From: Octopus vulgaris | Taxonomy: Eukaryota | Assembly: GCA_951406725.2 (NCBI GenBank) | Contig: OX597836.1 | Span: 7,502,001 to 7,566,000 of the forward strand | DNA length: 64,000 nt | Direction of reading: 5' to 3' | Shown: piece after piece, positions 13,009 to 24,560 of the stretch | How the letters are laid out: each line of letters starts with the position of its first letter | Position numbering within the stretch: position 1 is the first letter of the stretch | The notes under the pieces: model-generated | Databases searched by the model: none | The model's input: only the letters and a program-made list of their open reading frames with translations | Told to the model about the DNA's origin: nothing | Translations under genes and position numbers: made by a program

Positions 13009-13700
13009 GTGTCTGCATGTGTGTGAGTGTGTGTTTGTGTGTGTGAGTGTCTGCATGTATGTGAGAGTGTGTGTGTGTGTGTGTGTGTGTCTGCATGTAT
13101 GTGAGAGTGTGTGTGTGTGTGTGTGTGAGTGTCTGCATGTATGTGAGTGTGTGTTTGTGTGTGTGTGTGTGAGTGTCTGCATGTATGTGAGAGTGTGTGT
13201 GTGTGTGTGAGTGTCTGCATGTATGTGAGAGTGTGTGTGTGTGTGTGTGTGAGTGTCTGCATGTGTGTGAGAGTGTGTTTGTGTGTGTGTGTGAGTGTCT
13301 GCATGTATGTGAGTGTGTGTTTGTGTGTGTGTGTGAGTGTCTGCATGTATGTGAGAGTGTGTGTGTGTGTGTGTGTGAGTGTCTGCATGTATGTGAGAGT
13401 GTGTTTGTGTGTGTGTGTGAGTGTCTGCGTGTATGTGAGTGTGTGTTTGTGTGTGTGAGTGTCTGCATGTATGTGAGTGTGTGTGTGTGTGTGTGTGTGT
13501 CTGTCTGTATGTATGTGAGAGTGTGTGTGTGTGTGTGTGAGTGTCTGCATGTATGTGAGTGTGTGTTTGTGTGTGTGAGTGTCTGCATGTATGCGAGTGT
13601 GTTTGTGTGTGTGAGTGTCTGCATGTATGTGAGTGTGTGTTTCTGTGTATGTGTGAGTGTCTGCATGTATGTGAGTATGTGTTTATGTGTGTGTGTTCTC
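12890..13700 (+). repeat. ~40-bp (GT)-based minisatellite carrying TGCATG in most units
   Basis: Unit gagtgtctgcatgtatgtgag(tg)n; 16 TGCATG counted by eye. Confidence 0.9.
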
Positions 13701-13973
13701 CACATCACTTGTGAACCACTGTTGGTTTGTTTACACTCCCGTAATTTAGCAGTTCAGCAAAAAAAAAAAAGGTTAATAAAATAACTACCAGACTCTTAAA
13801 CCATGATTACTGGGCACCAGTTTGCTTGATCAAACCCTTCAAGATGGTGCTCCAGCATGGCCCTGCATTCCACTAACTAAAACAAATAAAAGAATAAAAA
13901 GATTAGTACTTTACCAGGCCTGACCTGGGGACTAAACAACAATTTTAAGAGCCTGACTCTCATAAACTTGCAG

Positions 13974-14031
13974 AATTAAATGTCTGAGATGGTTCCTGGC
14001 AGCAGACTATTACAGAATGAGGAACCAATAA
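13974..14031 (+). CDS. Candidate alternative terminal exon (phase 2: IKCLRWFLAADYYRMRNQ*)
   Basis: ctgac branch motif, acceptor cttgcag|A ATT, stop overlaps AATAAA; folds with 14060-14157. Confidence 0.45.
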
Positions 14032-14255
14032 ACAGTTCTTTGGTGCACAAGTTTTGCAACAGTCATCATTCCTGGCAGACTGTGTGCTTATTCTTGGAAT
14101 ATTTCTAAAAATTGTCTTGGAATAGAAGCATGGATAATATTCAAGGCGGTTCTGCAAATAAGTGGTTCTATGATCTAGAAGTCTTTTATAGATTCTGTTA
14201 CCTAGGCAACGTCATAGCTAATAATAATAATTATAATAATAAAAATATAATAGTA

Positions 14256-14300
<45 letters not shown>

Positions 14301-14699
14301 GATGATGCTTTAGCGTGCTCATTAGTATATGAATGTATGTGTGTGAGAATATAGACATGTGTGTGTATATATTTGTGTAGATGTGCATATGTTTCTGTGC
14401 ATCTGCTCATGTTTGTGTGTGTGTGTGTGTGTTTACATGTATGTGTGTGCGTGCATCAATGCTGGTGTACGTGTGTATGTATGTTGGATTGCGTGGGTGT
14501 GTTTGCATGTGTGTTAGTGTGTGCATGCGTGTATTATATGCTTGTGTGTATAAATGTGCATACATATTGGGTCGTTTGTATGCGTACTTCCATAGATTAT
14601 GATGCATGTGTCTGTGCACACGTTTGCATGTGGGTGTATCTATGTGCATATCTTTTAGCACATATTTGGCATATACATATATATGCTGGTGTGTGTATA

Positions 14700-14739
<40 letters not shown>

Positions 14740-14961
14740 TGTGCACATGTGCACACTTGTTAGGTTCTATGTGTCTGTTTAAATAAACAGTTTGTGTATG
14801 TATGCATATCTGTTAGGGTAAAGACCCCTTTGATCATGAATTACCATGGGAATACCCCTGGAAAGTTCTCCTCCAACATACAAGCCCCGGGCAAGGTTGT
14901 TTATGGCAGATAGGCAGTCGCCCATGCATACCAGTCTCTCCTCTCCTTTTTTTTTTTTTAA

Positions 14962-15010
14962 CAAAACTGTCTGACGAACGGGAATGTGAAACTCCGAGTA
15001 ACAGCTTTTG
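14962..15010 (+). ncRNA. Minimal type I hammerhead ribozyme (Penelope-associated type)
   Basis: ctgt-CTGACGA-ac(gggaat)gt-GAAA-ctc(c)gag-TA-acag: intact core with stems I, II and III. Confidence 0.75.
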
Positions 15011-15136
15011 TTAAATTTCTGCTGCTTTTAAATAAAGCATATTACTCTACCTCTGGTATTTGAGTACTCTTTTTTCCACCTTGTTTCACATTTATGTGTT
15101 TACTCCGGTATATATATATATATATATATGTATATG

Positions 15137-15166
<30 letters not shown>

Positions 15167-15167
<1 letters not shown>

Positions 15168-15950
15168 CTGTCTGGCAACCGTGTCGGTGGCACGTAAAAG
15201 CACCATCCGTTCGCGTCCGTTGCCAGCCTCGGCTGGCCCCCGTGCCGGTGACACGTAAAAGCACCGTCCGTTCGTGGCCGGTTGCCAGCTCTGTCTGGCC
15301 CCGTGTCGGTGTAAAAGCACCATCCGTCCGTGTCCGTTGCCAGCCTCGTACACGTAAAAGCACCGTCCGTTCCGTTTGCCAACTCTGTCTGGCAACCGTG
15401 TCGGTGGCACGTAAAAGCACCATCCGTTCGCGTCCGTTGCCAGCCTCGCCTGGCCCCGTGCCGGTGACACGTAAAAGCACCGTCCGTTCGTGGCCGGTTG
15501 CCAGCTCTGTCTGGCCGTGTCGGTGGCACGTAAAAGCACCGTCCGTTCGTGTCCGTTGCCAGCATCGCCTGGCCCCGTGTCGGTGGCACGTAAAAGCACC
15601 ATCCGTTCGTGTCCGTTGCCAGCATCGCCTGGCCCCGTGCCGGTGGCACGTAAAAGCACCATCCGTTCGTGTCCGTTGCCAGCATCGCCTGGCCCCGTGC
15701 CGGTGACACGTAAAAGCACCATCCGTTCGTGGCCGTTCGCCAGCTCTGTCTGGCACCTGTGCAGGTGGCACGTAAAAAACACCCACTAAACTCGCGGAGT
15801 GGTTGGCGTTAGGAAGGGCATCCAGCCGTAGAAACACTGCCAGATCTGACTGGGCCTGACGAAGCCTTCCAGCTTCACAGACCCCAGTTGACCCGTCCAA
15901 CCCATGCTAGCATGGAAAACGGACGCTAAACGATGATGATGATGATGATA
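15167..15950 (+). mobile_element. Family D retro-repeat with ~11 internal ~60-bp tandem units and (GAT)n tail
   Basis: Unit cggtggcacgtaaaagcaccatccgttcgtg...; the tail 'aggaagggcatccag...catggaaa..gacg.taaa.gatgatgat' recurs near 24900, 29830, 40460, 43180, 44480 and 47460. Confidence 0.85.
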
Positions 15951-16403
15951 GGTGCTGGTGTGGTTGAGTGGTAAGAAGTTTGTTTCTCAACCACATGGTT
16001 CCAGGATCAGTCCCATTGCATGGCACTTGGGGCAAGTACCTTATGCTATAGCCTCGAACCTACCAAAACATTGTGAGTAGATTTGGTCGACAGAAACTGA
16101 AAGAAGCCTGTCATGTCTGTGTGTGTGTGTGTGTATGTTTGTGTGTGTGTGTCTTGTCCAACATCACCATTTGAAAGTCAGTGTTGGTGTGTTTATGTCC
16201 CTGTATCTTAGCAGTTTAGCAAAAGAGACTGATACGATAAATACCTGGGTTTAAAATAAAATAAGCACTGAGGTTGATTCGTTCAACTAAAATTTTTCAA
16301 GGTGTTGCCCCTGCAAGGCTGCAGTCTAATGACTGAAATAAATAAAAGATAAATGATATATATATATGTGTGTGTGTGTGTATGTGTCTTGTCTTATTCT
16401 CAG

Positions 16404-16494
16404 TGAAATGCATATAGTGCACAGCTATTGCAGTTTGGAGACAGCTTTCTGCGCAGCTGTGCTAGATCAAGAGAAGAATCAAAAAAATATCTAA
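16404..16494 (+). CDS. Candidate alternative terminal exon (phase 2: EMHIVHSYCSLETAFCAAVLDQEKNQKNI*)
   Basis: Acceptor tcttgtcttattctcag. 29 codons open only in phase 2; internal hairpin; AATAAA run just after the stop. Confidence 0.45.
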
Positions 16495-16930
16495 AAAATT
16501 ATAGAATAAAATAAAATAAAATAAAAAGTTATTTCAGGTTGAGAAAATAATGGTTTTTGACATTGGAACGAAATGACACGGTTGATTGACTTTATGAACT
16601 TTATCAAACCCCAAAGGATAAAAGGAAAAAAACAACAACAAAACAAAAACTATTGAGGTTATTGACATTGGTGAGATTAGAACCCTTTGAAGTCAGGAAG
16701 GTTGACGATCAAAAGCTGAACAATATATATTCAGTTAGATGCAGGCATGGCTGTGTGGTTAAGATGTTTGATTTGCAACCAAGTGACTGTGGGATCAATC
16801 CCACAGTGCAGTACCTTATGCAAGTGTCTTCTACTCTAGCCCCAGGCAACCCCAAAGTCTTGTGGGTAGATTTGGTTGAGGGAGACCCTGTGGAAACTAT
16901 GTAGAACAGATTTCCCAGTTGCTTTCAACA

Positions 16931-17155
16931 TATGAATGGGTGCTGAGAAGCCCCTGGTTTGGGGTAAAAGAAAACACAGAAGGGTCAGTTAATTATAATT
17001 TTATTCAACATATCCCCCCCTAGATTCACACACTTAATGCAGTGGTCCTTCAGTTATTCTAAGCCCTGTAAAAAGAACTTGGAAGGTTGAACCTCCAACC
17101 AGGCCTTCCACGATACATTTAAAGCCAGGAACTTTTCATCCAACCTCCTTGTGTT

Positions 17156-17186
<31 letters not shown>

Positions 17187-17197
17187 ATATATATATA

Positions 17198-17235
<38 letters not shown>

Positions 17236-17350
17236 CATACACACACGATAGGGTGCTGCAAAGTTCCTGGCTTTGGGTAAAAAAAAATACAGGAGGATTA
17301 TGACTTTATTCGATATATTCCTCTCTCTCAGATTCACACACTTATTGCTG
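16931..17350. mobile_element. Mariner-like non-autonomous element (one copy plus a partial copy)
   Basis: Ends 'gggtgctgagaag..cctgg' / 'ccaggaacttttcatcc'; the 5' end is repeated at ~17247. Confidence 0.55.
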
Positions 17351-17644
17351 GTGCCACGTGAATAGCACCAGTACACTCTGTAAAGTGGTTGTCAAGCTTG
17401 GAGCAGTTTTTTTTCAATTGTCAGTTCCTGTCAAACTGTCCAGTGCATGCCAGCATGGAAGACAGACATTAAATTATGATGATGATGATGATGATGAGAC
17501 ACATAATGCATTCATTCTTCAGTTGTAATCCAGTAAAAAAAAATATTATATTTCAGTTTTTTTTTAACTAACAAGTAAATAATTCTAAATTTGGTTTTTC
17601 ATTGAAGCAAGGGTAAAAAGTAATGACCTAGTTATGGGTCAAAA

Positions 17645-17689
<45 letters not shown>

Positions 17690-17874
17690 TAAACCCATAG
17701 ATGCAAAACAAGGTGGTAAAAATAGTACTTGAATACCAAAGGTAGAGTAATATACTATCTATAAAAGCCTGGGAAAATCTTCACAAACTGTTACTCAGAA
17801 TTTCATGTAACCATTCATTTGACAGTTGCAGTGTGTGTGTGTGTGTGTGGAGGCATGTGGCTTAGTGTCTAGGG

Positions 17875-18078
17875 CAGTGCTTTTCAAACTTTTTGCTGGA
17901 GCGGAACCCCAAGGAAACATTCCACAGGCTCGAGGAACTCTTGTGTAATAATTTAATAGTCTTATGCACACATATCTGCACAGGAGAATTAAAAATTACT
18001 GCTGATTTTAGCAGTTTTGTAACTTCTTGCGGAACCCCTGGACTGTACTAGCGGAACCCTGGTTGAAAAAAACCACTG
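17875..18078. mobile_element. hAT-type MITE inserted in a SINE head
   Basis: TIR cagtg...ttttcaa / ttgaaaa...cactg; 8-bp TSD gtctaggg / gtgtaggg. Confidence 0.8.
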
Positions 18079-18648
18079 GTGTAGGGTGTTCCATTTATGA
18101 TAATAAGGTTGTGGTTTTGATTCCTTGAACAGGCAATGCATTGTGTTCTTGAGCAAAACACTTGTGGAGTTCCTACTTATGTTGCTCCAGTCCACTGATG
18201 ACTGGTGTCCCATCCACAGAATCTGAGAAACTGGCCCTATGAGCCTATCGCTTGGGAAAGGCCTTTGAACCTTTTTGACGTATCTATTTATTTATGTATC
18301 TATGATTTTTCTCTGAGTTTAATTCAAGTTTTTTCTTGACAGAGTTCAAGCTGGTTGCTAACAAAGCAACAAGAGCTTTCGAGTTAAGAAAGTTCCTGGT
18401 GTTTCTGAATATGTGGTTGAGTTGGGGTGTTGCTTGAACTGTCGATGCATGCAGCCAAGTATGTGCATCTTTTCACATAAGAATCGCACATGGAGAATTT
18501 GTGGAATGTGCCACTAATAGATTGGATTTGAAGAATCTGAGTCAGTTTCTTTTACTCGTTTTCTGTGAAACCAAATCTTTTTAGGTATTTTATGAAAATT
18601 TGTTGGTGCATTACCTAATGCACCTATGATGACAGGTATAAATGAGAA

Positions 18649-18878
18649 GGCGGCGAGCTGGCAGAAACGTTAGCACGCCGGGCGAAATGCGTAGCCGTAT
18701 TTCATCTGTCGTTACGTTTCGAGTTCAAATTCCACCGAGGTCGACTTTGCCTTTCATCCTTTCGGGGTCGATAAATTAAATACCAGTTACACACTGGGGT
18801 CGATATAATCGACTTAATCCGTTTGTCTTTCTTTGTTTGTCCTCTCTGCGTTTGGCCCCTTGTGGGTAGTAAAGAAAT
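18649..18878 (+). mobile_element. SINE family B copy with 15-bp TSD, inserted in a LINE remnant
   Basis: TSD aggtataaatgagaa at 18634 and 18879. Flanking minus strand reads 'FIPVIIGALG', typical of the C-terminus of RLE-type LINEs. Confidence 0.85.
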
Positions 18879-19592
18879 AGGTATAAATGAGAATTCATAA
18901 TCAGGGTAGAAGAGCAGTATCTATGTAGCAACTTCTGAAAGCCTTATCATGGGTGACATAAGAATGCAGGCGCAATCTTTCTGTACTTTTAATATGTAGC
19001 TACAAGGGGACTGAAACAGAGTATCTTGACAAACCATTTGACCGATTGGGGACCACTCCTCAGAGACAACCTGCCCAGCTTCCTTCCCCATTCAAGAACC
19101 TACATCAGCTACAGTATAAATGAGTCATGCCAGAGCCCAGCACCACAGTGGATAACCTAATTGATACATTCCTACTTTTGGAGGCTTGCCATTCATTAAA
19201 CAATATCAATTTCATACACAACACAGCACATTTCGTCATGAATTTGCTTGACATTTCTTCTCTCAGCTCTTATTTTTCCATTTCTATCACATGTCCATAT
19301 TCATTGCAGTCTTCTTGCTTGCGCAATAAATGCATCTCATTCAGCTTATGACGGGTTTTTTTTCTCTTTTCCTTTCTGCTCATTCATTTGTGTTTTATCA
19401 TCCGTAACAGCCACATTACATATATATGTATGTATGTATGTGTGTATGTATATCTGTATGTATGTGTGTGTCTGTGTATGTGTGTATGTATGTATGTGTA
19501 TGTGTATGTGTGTATGTGTGTATGTATGTATGTATGTATGTGTGTATGTATGTATGTATGTATGTATGTATGCATGCATGTATATGTGTATG

Positions 19593-19623
<31 letters not shown>

Positions 19624-19830
19624 AATTATTTTTAGTATTATATATAGTCACTATGAGGATATCTAGACCTCTTATAGAGATATTTTTATCCAAGAGTCAC
19701 TGGTTTAATATATTGTATTTTGAAGAGATATTTCTTCAATGAATATATTACGAAATATCATAAAATATCAAATATTATTATTAAGTTTAAAAATGGAGAG
19801 CTTCAATAGATATGAATGAATGAATGAATT

Positions 19831-20750
19831 GATTATCATCATTACCTACGATTGTTTCATTCCACATCCAATTTAGATTACAAAACATATACCGTGAAAT
19901 AGGGTTACTTTGAACACCGGGGTAATTTTGAACAAGATATAATATTTTGTTTCCTCTTTATATCACAGCTGAAGGTCGTATAGTAATGCAATTTAAAAAC
20001 AATTTACCTTCAGCTGAATGGGCTAATTCATTTTTAAAGCGAAACAAAACCCCAATTAGCATCACACCTGTACCAAAATATCAAAAGATTTAAGTGCTAC
20101 AGAAGTATCCTTGTACATCCAGCACTTAAAAGCAACTCTTACAGTTGATGGAAAACTTATCCCTCCAAATAACATATTCAACTTTTGAACATAAGTAAAA
20201 AAAACATTACTGTTCAAAGTAACCCCAAATCAGGGGTTACTTTGAACAGCGACAATTATATATATAAAAAAGTAATCAAATATTAACTGCAACTTATTTT
20301 TATTTCATATATCAGTTTATCTATTTAGTCCCTCAAACAATATCAAATTTAGTTAAGATTGAAAAAAAAGTTATGAAATTATTGTAATAAGAAGTCTAAA
20401 ACTGTTCAAAGTATTTATACCGTTTCACGGTATAAATGTATAAATTTGAATTTCAAAATACCTTGGGCTGAAAATCTTCAAGGCATAAAAAAATACAATA
20501 CAGAAATTACATTTTCATCAGTTGAAATATTCCAATAGAACCTATCGGAGTATTTTCGATCGGTTGAAATACTGTAATAGAGTCTGTTGGAGTATTTCAA
20601 CCGATCAAAATGTAATTTCTGTATCGTCCTTTTTCATGCCCTGAAGATTTTCCACCCAAGGTATTTTGAAAAGCAGACTTATATATTTGTATATGTTCTG
20701 TAATTTAAATTGGATCTGAAATGAAACAATTGTAGGTAAGGATGATAATT
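19831..20750. mobile_element. Palindromic fold-back element interrupted by a pogo/Tc1-like MITE (19892-20430)
   Basis: Outer arms 19831-19891 + 20433-20545 are complementary to 20583-20750. Inner element has TIR ccgtgaaa...ctttgaaca and a TA TSD. Confidence 0.8.
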
Positions 20751-20788
20751 AATTAATAAATTAATTTGTATCCATTGGATCTCTCTAT

Positions 20789-20839
<51 letters not shown>

Positions 20840-22354
20840 CACATATACATGTATATGTATGAGAGCTTTCTGCAGGATTGCAGGGAGAGGGAATGGCAGC
20901 CTTGGCTTTTCCAGTGGCTGTAGGGGGGGGGGGTTCCCTGCCTGGTTGGTATGGAGGATGTTAACAGTCTCTGGAACAGAGCGAAGGGTTGCTGTACACA
21001 GGATGGGAGAGGTAGCAGAAAGAGCGTCTTGTTGGTTATGGAACAAGAGAGAACATTTAAGCTGGAAGATAGAGGATGAGCAGTGATTGGCCATCTCTGC
21101 TGACCCACCGGTGAGAAGGTGTTGCGATTCAGGGTTGAAATACCTGATGATTGTTGGACATCACCTGATGACATCAATTCCTCCTGGCCAGAACTGCATT
21201 GATCTTGGTGAATGGAAAGGAACAATCTTCTTCAATGAGTTATCATTAACAAATATACACATGCACACACACACATACACGCACACACACACATATAGAT
21301 CCATATACATAATTATACATATATATAAACACACACATATATACATACATACACACACGACTGTGTGTGTGTGCGTGCATGTACATATGTATATATCTAT
21401 GTGAATATATATATATGTATACATATGTATACACACACATGCATGCATAAAGATCCATATACATAATTATATATATATATATATATATACATGCATACAC
21501 ACACGACTGTGTGTGTGTGCATGCATGTACATATGTATATATCTATGTGAATATATATATATATATGTATACATATGTATACACACACACACGCATGCAC
21601 GCATAAAAATCCATATACATAATTATATATATATATATATACACACACAAACACATATACATACATACACATGACTGTGTGTGTGCTTGCATGTACATAT
21701 GTATATATCTGTGTGTGTATGTATATATGTATACATATGTATACACACACACACACACACACGCGTACATACACACACATGCATCTGCATGCATGCACGC
21801 ACACACACAGGCATTTGCACGCACACACACACATGCATACCCACCTCAACGTGGCACAACACACCTGAATGAGCATTCCGTACTTTGCTTCTAATATGTT
21901 CGCATTTCCTGTTCGGCGTTGATGCGTTTGTTTATGCATTTGCGTCGTTTCGTGGAACACAAGTTGGAAAATATTAGAATACATCACATCATAATGATAA
22001 GGAAGAATTGTCAGCTATGAGCGCCATCTTCGAGATAACAGACTGTTTTTAGGAATTCCTCATTGACTTTGTTTTTATCACATTTTATTCTTTTAATATT
22101 CTTGTTGTTTTGTTTAATTTTGTTTCGTTATTTGTCCTAGAATTCTCTTTTATTAATTCTTCCATTATCGGTTTTTTTTTTTTTGAAAGAAACAAGGAAA
22201 ATAAATAAAAGAAATTCTTCGGTGCAAGAAATATATAAATAAATAAATAAATAAACACTCAGCCGACTAACTAAATGTAAAACTAACTAACGAGATAAAT
22301 ATTACTTTCCGTTGTCGTTTAGTAGAGGCATAGCAAGTCGATTCCTTTTAGCAG

Positions 22355-22388
22355 AGATATCGGTAGAACTAAGAACAGTTTTAGTTAA
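22355..22388 (+). CDS. Candidate alternative exon at a NAGNAG acceptor (phase 2: DIGRTKNSFS*)
   Basis: ttccttttagcag acceptor with an ACTAAC cluster upstream and flanking duplexes. Phase 1 is open for longer. Confidence 0.35.
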
Positions 22389-22984
22389 GCACACTTTGTT
22401 CTTTTACCGTATTACAGCCAAATGGTTGTTTTTTTTTTGCATAGAAAGAATCTATCTTGGAAATAATTCCATCTCCATGCAATGGCAGCTAATGCTGCTG
22501 TGCACGGAGATGGAATTATCATCATCATCAGCATCACCATCATCACCATTATCATCCTTCTTCTTCTTTTCCTTCCATTTCTTTTTCTTCTTCTTCTTGT
22601 TTTTCTTCTTCTTCTTCTTCTTCTTCTTCTTCTTCTTCTTCTTCTTCTTCTTCTTCACCTTCTCTTTATGTTTATTATTGTAATTGTTGTTGACGTTGTT
22701 GTTGTTGTTGCTATTGATCAGGCGTCCTAACTACTAAACTGACAAAACAGTATCAATTCGGAATACTCTTTTTGTCGTTTATGTCTGCTAATTTCTGTCA
22801 ATGTTGTGATAAACAACCACCCTTACCTAATAAACAACTGGTGATGGTAGTGGGAAAGGGGTTAAGGGAGAGGGAGATTTGGCTGCTACTTCTAGTAGAT
22901 TGAACAACTTAATTGACACACACATGCTCTCTCTCTCTCTCACCATCTATCTATCTATCTCTCACCATCTATCTATCTTATCTG

Positions 22985-23033
<49 letters not shown>

Positions 23034-23083
23034 TTCTCACCATCTATCTATCTATCTATCTATCTATCTACCTGTCTGCCTGC

Positions 23084-23122
<39 letters not shown>

Positions 23123-23807
23123 TCTATCTGTCAGTATATCGATATATATCTTTCCATCCATCCATCCATCCATCCACCCATCCATCTGTCTGTCTGTCTG
23201 TTTGTCTGTCCGTCAGTCTGTCCATCTTCCTTCTGCTGAAGTTCCTCCAAACACATTGAAATGTTCGACTGCCAACCTCCCTCAAATCACGCTCTAGCAT
23301 CTTAAAAAACAAACACACAAAAATACTCTGCAAATCGTACATTTGACAATACCATTATTCATCATCATATTCTGTCCATTTTCCACACTGCCATGGGTTG
23401 TACAGTTTGACAAGGATCTGGCCAGCTTGAGAGCTGCACCAGGCTCCATTTGTCTGCTTTGGCATGGCTTCTATGGCTGGATGTCCTTCCTAATGCCAAC
23501 CACTTTACAGAGTGTCACTGGGTGCCTTTTATGTGACACCAGCACTGGTGCTTTTTAGGTGGCACCAACACCAATGGGGTTGCACTTTGTTCATACTACA
23601 GGGTATTTGGCTCATGATTGCAAGGTATTGAGTTCAATTCCCAATGGGGCAATGTATCCTGGGGCAAGACACTTTATTTCATATCACTCCAGGCCATTCA
23701 GAAAAAGATGAGTAATACTTGTAACTGAAAGGTCCAGCCTTGTCACATTCTGTGTCCCTCCGAATCTCCCTGAGAATTACATTAAGGGTCTGCATATCTC
23801 TGGAGAA

Positions 23808-24040
23808 AGGCGGCGAGCTGGAAGAAATGTTAGCATTCCGGGCAAAATGCTTAGCGGTATTTCGTCTGCCACTACATTCTGAGTTCAAATCCTGCCAAGG
23901 TTGACTTTGCCTTTCATCCTTTCGTGTCAATTAAATAAGTACCAGTTACACACTGGGGTCGATATAATCGACTTAATCCATTTGTCTGTCCTTGTTTGTC
24001 CTCTCTGTGTTTAGCCCCTTGTGGGGAGTAAAGAAATAGG
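23808..24040 (+). mobile_element. SINE family B nested in a family C SINE
   Basis: TSD tgcatatctctggag at 23791 and 24043. Confidence 0.85.
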
Positions 24041-24310
24041 TATGCATATCTCTGGAGTACTCAGCTACTTGCACATTAGGCTGTTCTGTTAAGTGGGTCA
24101 ACTGGAACTCTTGTTCCAGTTATTTATATGATCTAATTAGAAATTATGGCGGTTGTTTTAAAACATAGGAACTTGTAAAAAGAACTGGGCAGAAAAAAAA
24201 TTCAGAGAGTTATTACTTCTGCCCCTTAAGAAAGGAATTGTTTGAGTGAATGGCAAACTCAGCCCTGGATTAACCATTAAGCAAAATAAGCATTTGCTCA
24301 GGGTATAAAG

Positions 24311-24560
24311 GTGGAGGTGCGTGGCTTAGTGGTTAGGGCGTCAGCACCATGATCGTAAGATTGTGGTTTCGATTTCTGGACCGGGCGACGCGTTGTGTTC
24401 TTGAGCAAAACACTTCATTTCACGTTGCTCCGGTCCACCCCAGCTGGCAAAAATAAGTAACGCTGCGATGAACTGGCGTCCCGTCCAGCTGGGGAACACA
24501 TACGCCATAAAAACTGGGAAACCAGGCCCATGAGCCTGGCTAGGCTTTAAGAAAGGGCAC
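24311..24560 (+). mobile_element. SINE family C ('gcgtggcttagtggttaggg' tRNA-like head)
   Basis: A/B-box-like motifs; paralogues near 3143, 6580, 6922, 31708, 42545, 57811 and 63420 (-). Confidence 0.85.

Noticed and set aside
14170-14220. ORF 14112-14354 as an exon
   Set aside because: 'LEV..RFCYLG' is a typical LINE reverse-transcriptase remnant and the rest is (AAT)n.
15042-15900. 192-266 aa ORFs or a CRISPR-like array
   Set aside because: Produced by a stop-poor 60-bp tandem unit of a retro-repeat; there are no unique spacers.
20860-21245. Unique-looking, more GC-balanced segment with short ORFs on both strands
   Set aside because: No recognisable domain, splice signal or fold-back; probably an old transposon fragment.
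24311-24390. tRNA genes
   Set aside because: The tRNA-like A/B boxes are SINE heads that continue into SINE bodies; no full cloverleaf was seen.
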